In this document: in pieces, positions 62,336-64,000 of the stretch
How positions within the stretch are numbered: position 1 is the first letter of the stretch
Layout: every line of letters starts with the position of its first letter
From: Bacteroidota bacterium
GTDB taxonomy: Bacteria > Bacteroidota > Bacteroidia > AKYH767-A > OLB10
Assembly (NCBI GenBank): GCA_016717325.1
Contig: JADKFV010000017.1
Span: 1,533 to 65,532 of the forward strand
Direction: 5' to 3'
DNA length: 64,000 nucleotides
Notes under the pieces: model-generated
Database searches by the model: none
The model's input: the letters and a program-made list of their open reading frames with translations, nothing else
Told to the model about the DNA's origin: nothing
Made by a program: the position numbers and the translations under genes

Positions 62336-63838
62336 ATGAAAAGTTTAATAATTTTAATTTTCACTTTTTGTACCCATGCATGTTTTTCGCAGAAGTATTT
62401 AAACAACTTAGCCTTCTTTGGGTATAACTATGGTGGAAATGACTCTAACTTTGTTCTTATTGATTATAAAAATGGCATTCCAATTAATCAATACATTGAT
62501 TCATCCGCTTTGAAAATGAATGCTACTCTTGCATTAATTGCCGATAGTATCGGGAATTTACTTTTTTACACAAACGGAACAAGAATAGGAAATAAAAATT
62601 TAGAAGTGATACCAAATGGAGATACTTTGGATGCGAGTCCTTGCGGATTAAATTGGGGGCAACAAGGCTTTGGGTTAAATATGCCAAATGGTGCTTTCTT
62701 CTTGCCCTCCTTATCAAATCCAAATGAAGTTTTGCTTTTTCATTTAGATTGTGATTACATTATTTTGTTTAATATGGCACTTGGCTTAAGTCATAATTTT
62801 TGGTACACAGTACTTGATACTACAATGAACAATGGACTTGGGGGTGTGGTAACAAGAAACAATGTATTATACAATGGTGAGCTGGGTTGGGGCGGTTTGC
62901 AAGCCGTAAAACATTCAAATGGTAAAGATTATTGGTTAGTGGCACAAGATTTAGACACCTCTTATTTTATTACTTGGTTATATTCTGATGCAGGATTTGC
63001 TGGTCCTTTTTTTCAAAATTTGAATATACCACTTTGGCGAATAACAACAGTTAATTCAATGTTTAATCGCCAGGGAAATAAATATGCATCTGTTGCTTGG
63101 AATCAGAATTTAATGTTGTTTGATTTTGATAGATGTACCGGGCAATTTAAATTTAACAATCAAGAGGATACAGCTTGGTTGTATTTAGGCAATTTGTTCT
63201 GCTTTTCATCAAATGGAAATAAAATTTATCGAACAGATGGCACAAATATTTTTCAATACGACACAGCCGATGTTGACTTTAATATTTCGCGCGATACGGT
63301 TGCTATATATGACGGATATTTTGATGTTGACTCGACAAAATTTGGCACCATGTTTTTAGCTGGGGATGATAAAATTTATATTAATGCATCGGGAACAAAA
63401 TATCAACATGTAATAAATAAGCCTGATTTGTCAGGTATTGCATGTAATTTAACGCAACATTCCATTAAGCATCCGCTTTATATTGGTGCTTCCTTCCCCA
63501 ACTACATCAACTACGATTTAGGGCCGCTTGTGGGGAGTCCGTGTGATACTTTATCTGTCCTCACCAATACCCCCAACCCCCTACAAGGGGGCTTAATGCA
63601 ATGCTTTCCAAACCCGGCAACAAATGAAGTAAACATAAAAATAAACAATGTGCCGCTTGGTAATTATGTACTTAGTATATACTCACCGTTAGCCTATGAG
63701 GTAATGCACATAGAAAGCAAAAACACTGCGAAAGATTTTACAAAAACATTACGCGTTCAGAGCCTTGCAAGTGGTTTTTATTTTGTAAAGTTGCAGGTGG
63801 AGGGGATGGAGTGGTATGGGCGGTTTGTGAGGGATTAG
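62336..63838 (+). CDS. T9SS type-A CTD secreted protein, paralog P2
   Basis: 500 aa. Collinear with P1. Identical CTD core. Differs by a short GC-rich palindromic segment at the domain junction. Confidence 0.7.
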   Translation: MKSLIILIFTFCTHACFSQKYLNNLAFFGYNYGGNDSNFVLIDYKNGIPINQYIDSSALKMNATLALIADSIGNLLFYTNGTRIGNKNLEVIPNGDTLDASPCGLNWGQQGFGLNMPNGAFFLPSLSNPNEVLLFHLDCDYIILFNMALGLSHNFWYTVLDTTMNNGLGGVVTRNNVLYNGELGWGGLQAVKHSNGKDYWLVAQDLDTSYFITWLYSDAGFAGPFFQNLNIPLWRITTVNSMFNRQGNKYASVAWNQNLMLFDFDRCTGQFKFNNQEDTAWLYLGNLFCFSSNGNKIYRTDGTNIFQYDTADVDFNISRDTVAIYDGYFDVDSTKFGTMFLAGDDKIYINASGTKYQHVINKPDLSGIACNLTQHSIKHPLYIGASFPNYINYDLGPLVGSPCDTLSVLTNTPNPLQGGLMQCFPNPATNEVNIKINNVPLGNYVLSIYSPLAYEVMHIESKNTAKDFTKTLRVQSLASGFYFVKLQVEGMEWYGRFVRD

Positions 63839-64000
63839 TTTATAAGGCTCGGGGCACTATGGTCGTGATGCCGACCAAAGTGTCGGTATTTAAAAGTTCA
63901 ACGTTGGGGGGTTTTGCAAGTTGAGCATTGGGAATGGTTAACAAATTTAGCATCCATTCGGCAAAGCGCACCCGTGGCCCTAAAGGGCGCAGCCGCAATA

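Noticed and set aside
63850-63935. tRNA gene in the GC-rich stretch after P2
   Set aside because: There is no acceptor-stem/T-loop (GTTCGAATC-like) arrangement and no cloverleaf that I could build by eye.

Overview
This 64 kb window comes from an AT-rich Bacteroidota-type chromosome. The evidence is several proteins ending in T9SS type-A C-terminal sorting domains, SprB-like and PKD/FN3 repeats, a DUF2723 giant membrane protein, a short Bacteroidetes-type glycogen synthase, and Bacteroidetes -7 TAnnTTTG promoter motifs. Supported housekeeping genes are leuS, murI, gmk, nadD, ruvC, a PGI/PMI SIS isomerase, RidA and an ECF sigma/anti-sigma pair. There is an orphan TolC plus HlyD/MacA-type adaptor pair with no pump gene. 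A complete reductive pyrimidine catabolism cluster lies on the minus strand: Fcy1-type cytosine deaminase, dihydropyrimidinase, beta-ureidopropionase, preT and preA. The window is unusually rich in repeats. IVS-like inverted-repeat elements built from GTATTGAG/CTCAATAC low-complexity arms carry four-helix-bundle ORFs, and all three such ORFs are disrupted. GC-rich CCCCC..GGGGG palindromic elements occur in intergenic DNA, as terminators and in-frame inside paralogous CDS. A DUF559 gene is flanked by perfect 20-bp GC-rich inverted repeats. There is an 85-bp GC-rich tandem array, a 220-bp direct repeat pair bracketing a two-gene cassette, and a 15-C homopolymer in the signal-peptide region of a giant T9SS adhesin-like gene, which is a phase-variation candidate. 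At least seven genes are split by frameshifts, mostly at homopolymer runs. I cannot distinguish real pseudogenes from long-read consensus indels without reads. All family calls rest on motif recognition by eye; I ran no searches.
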